DNA from: Chloroflexaceae bacterium
GTDB taxonomy: Bacteria; Chloroflexota; Chloroflexia; Chloroflexales; Chloroflexaceae
Length of the DNA: 15,603 nt
Direction of reading: 5' to 3'
NCBI GenBank assembly: GCA_025454695.1
Contig: JALONX010000171.1
Span: 1 to 15,603 of the forward strand
Shown piece after piece: positions 14,430-15,603 of this stretch (positions within the stretch are counted from its first letter, which is position 1; each line of letters opens with the position of its first letter). Made by a program: the position numbers and the translations under genes. The notes under the pieces were generated by a model. The model was not told the DNA's origin, did not search any database, and saw only the letters and a list, made by a program, of their open reading frames with translations.

Positions 14430-15395
14430 ATGCGACGACTGCTTGTGTGCCACGATGGCCGCTTTCACCCCAACCCGCAGCCGGAAGACATCAGCGAGGC
14501 GCTGAAAGTGCCCAACCAGACCGTTTGGCTCGACATCCGCGACCCGACTGACGAAGACGCCGCTCTGTTGCAGGAAGAGTTTAACTTTCATCCCCTGGCG
14601 ATTGAGGACTCGTTGCGGGAGAACCAGCGGGCCAAGGTAGAAGTGTTCGATCACTACTACTTTGTGGTTTTTTACGCTGCGCTCTATGATGTTGACAACA
14701 AGCAAATCGAGACTCAACCACTGCACCTGTTTATTGGCGCAAACTACCTGGTAAGCATCCACCGGGGGCCAATCCGGCAGATTGACGAGACCCTGCGCCG
14801 CTGGCAGACGCCCAACAGCCCTCTGGGCTACCGCATTGGCGGCCTGGCCCACGCCCTGCTCGATGCCGTGGTAGACGACTATTTCCCGCTGATTGACCAG
14901 GTAACGGACGAGATTGAGGATTTAGAGGACACCATCTTTCGCACCTTCAAACGTGAGGCTATTCAGACGATTTTTAGCCTCAAGCGCGACTTACTGACGT
15001 TGCGGCGGGCAGTGGGGCCGGGCCGCGACGTGATGAACGTCTTGCTACGGCGCGAACTGCCGATCTTTAAGACGCAGGACATTATCTACCTGCAAGATGT
15101 GTATGACCATGTGGTGCGAGTAACTGACAGCATTGACACCTATCGCGACCTGCTTTCCAACGCCCTCGATAGCTACCTCTCGCTGCAATCCAACCAGCAG
15201 AATCAAATCCTCAAAGTGCTGACGATTGCCTCGATCATCCTGATGGCTAATGCCCTGATCGCAGGCATCTACGGCATGAACTTTGAGTTTATGCCAGAGC
15301 TGACCTGGCCCTACGGCTACTTCTATGCCCTGGGCTTGATGGCCACCGTCACCACCGGACTCATTATCTTCTTCCGCCGGATGAAATGGTGGTAG
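14430..15395 (+). CDS. corA: CorA magnesium/cobalt transporter.
   Basis: YGMNFEFMPEL (GMN motif) is followed by two C-terminal TM helices, and there is an acidic N-terminal cytoplasmic domain. ATG at 14430. Confidence 0.85.
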   Translation: MRRLLVCHDGRFHPNPQPEDISEALKVPNQTVWLDIRDPTDEDAALLQEEFNFHPLAIEDSLRENQRAKVEVFDHYYFVVFYAALYDVDNKQIETQPLHLFIGANYLVSIHRGPIRQIDETLRRWQTPNSPLGYRIGGLAHALLDAVVDDYFPLIDQVTDEIEDLEDTIFRTFKREAIQTIFSLKRDLLTLRRAVGPGRDVMNVLLRRELPIFKTQDIIYLQDVYDHVVRVTDSIDTYRDLLSNALDSYLSLQSNQQNQILKVLTIASIILMANALIAGIYGMNFEFMPELTWPYGYFYALGLMATVTTGLIIFFRRMKWW

Positions 15396-15400
15396 CTCTT

Positions 15401-15603
15401 CAGTTTGCAGGACTCAGTTGGCAGTTGGCAGCTGATTCATAGCAGAACCACGAACCAGTAGCTGGACACATACTGCGCAGTTTGCAGGACTCAGTTGGCA
15501 GTTGGCAGCTGGTTCATAGCAGAACCACGAACCAGTAGCTGGACACATACTGCGCAGTTTGCAGGACTCAGTTGGCAGTTGGCAGCTGCTTTTTAACACA
15601 ACC
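15401..15603. repeat. 77-bp tandem direct repeat, at least 2.4 copies, running off the window end.
   Basis: The unit cagtttgcaggactcagttggcagttggcagctg(a/g)ttcatagcagaaccacgaaccagtagctggacacatactgcg sits at 15401-15477 and 15478-15554, with a partial third copy at 15555-15588. There is a single mismatch, and the unit contains an internal CAGTTGG x2 motif. Confidence 0.8.

Noticed and set aside
14310-14852. 180-aa minus ORF.
   Set aside because: It is antisense to corA, which carries the GMN motif.
15401-15603. Possible CRISPR array, and the 61-aa ORF at 15414-15599.
   Set aside because: The repeats are 77 bp and directly abutting, with no unique spacers, so this is a tandem minisatellite. 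The ORF is an artefact of the repeat.

Overview
This 15.6-kb window is high-GC (roughly 60%) bacterial chromosomal DNA with strong G/C third-position codon bias. The left third (1-5556) is a single co-directional run of minus-strand genes. In order it holds a partial AlkB-type dioxygenase, a RelE/ParE-Phd/YefM toxin-antitoxin pair, a Uma2 (DUF820) endonuclease, a DUF547 protein, a VapC toxin with an unusual HicB/UPF0150-like antitoxin, a 263-aa hypothetical protein, and an alpha/beta hydrolase. A divergent TetR regulator controls the hydrolase end. The middle carries a ThuA-like lipoprotein, a CrtI-family FAD oxidoreductase, a CobB-type sirtuin and an EamA/DMT transporter, all on the minus strand. 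The right third is plus-strand. Its first gene (11638-13026) encodes a 462-aa protein with five ~42-aa tandem modules resembling major-vault-protein (MVP) repeats, then an SPFH/band-7-like domain and a coiled coil. It sits behind a near-consensus sigma-70 promoter that is overlapped by a perfect 17-bp palindrome, and I rate it the most interesting feature. A Fur-family regulator (perfect TTGACA-17-TATAAT promoter), a CPBP intramembrane protease and CorA follow. The intergenic DNA is unusually repeat-rich. There are heptanucleotide tandem arrays at six or more loci and 9-mer AAGGAAATN arrays at two loci. There is also a duplicated ~110-bp element, one copy of which is split by a 153-bp hairpin-bearing insert. 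A 77-bp tandem repeat runs off the 3' end. The ORF track renders GTG/TTG first codons as M, so I re-chose several starts from RBS context. No rRNA, tRNA or CRISPR array was seen. The heptamer arrays (reminiscent of cyanobacterial STRR elements), the Uma2 gene and the toxin-antitoxin density together suggest a cyanobacterial or Chloroflexi-like source, but this is only a guess.
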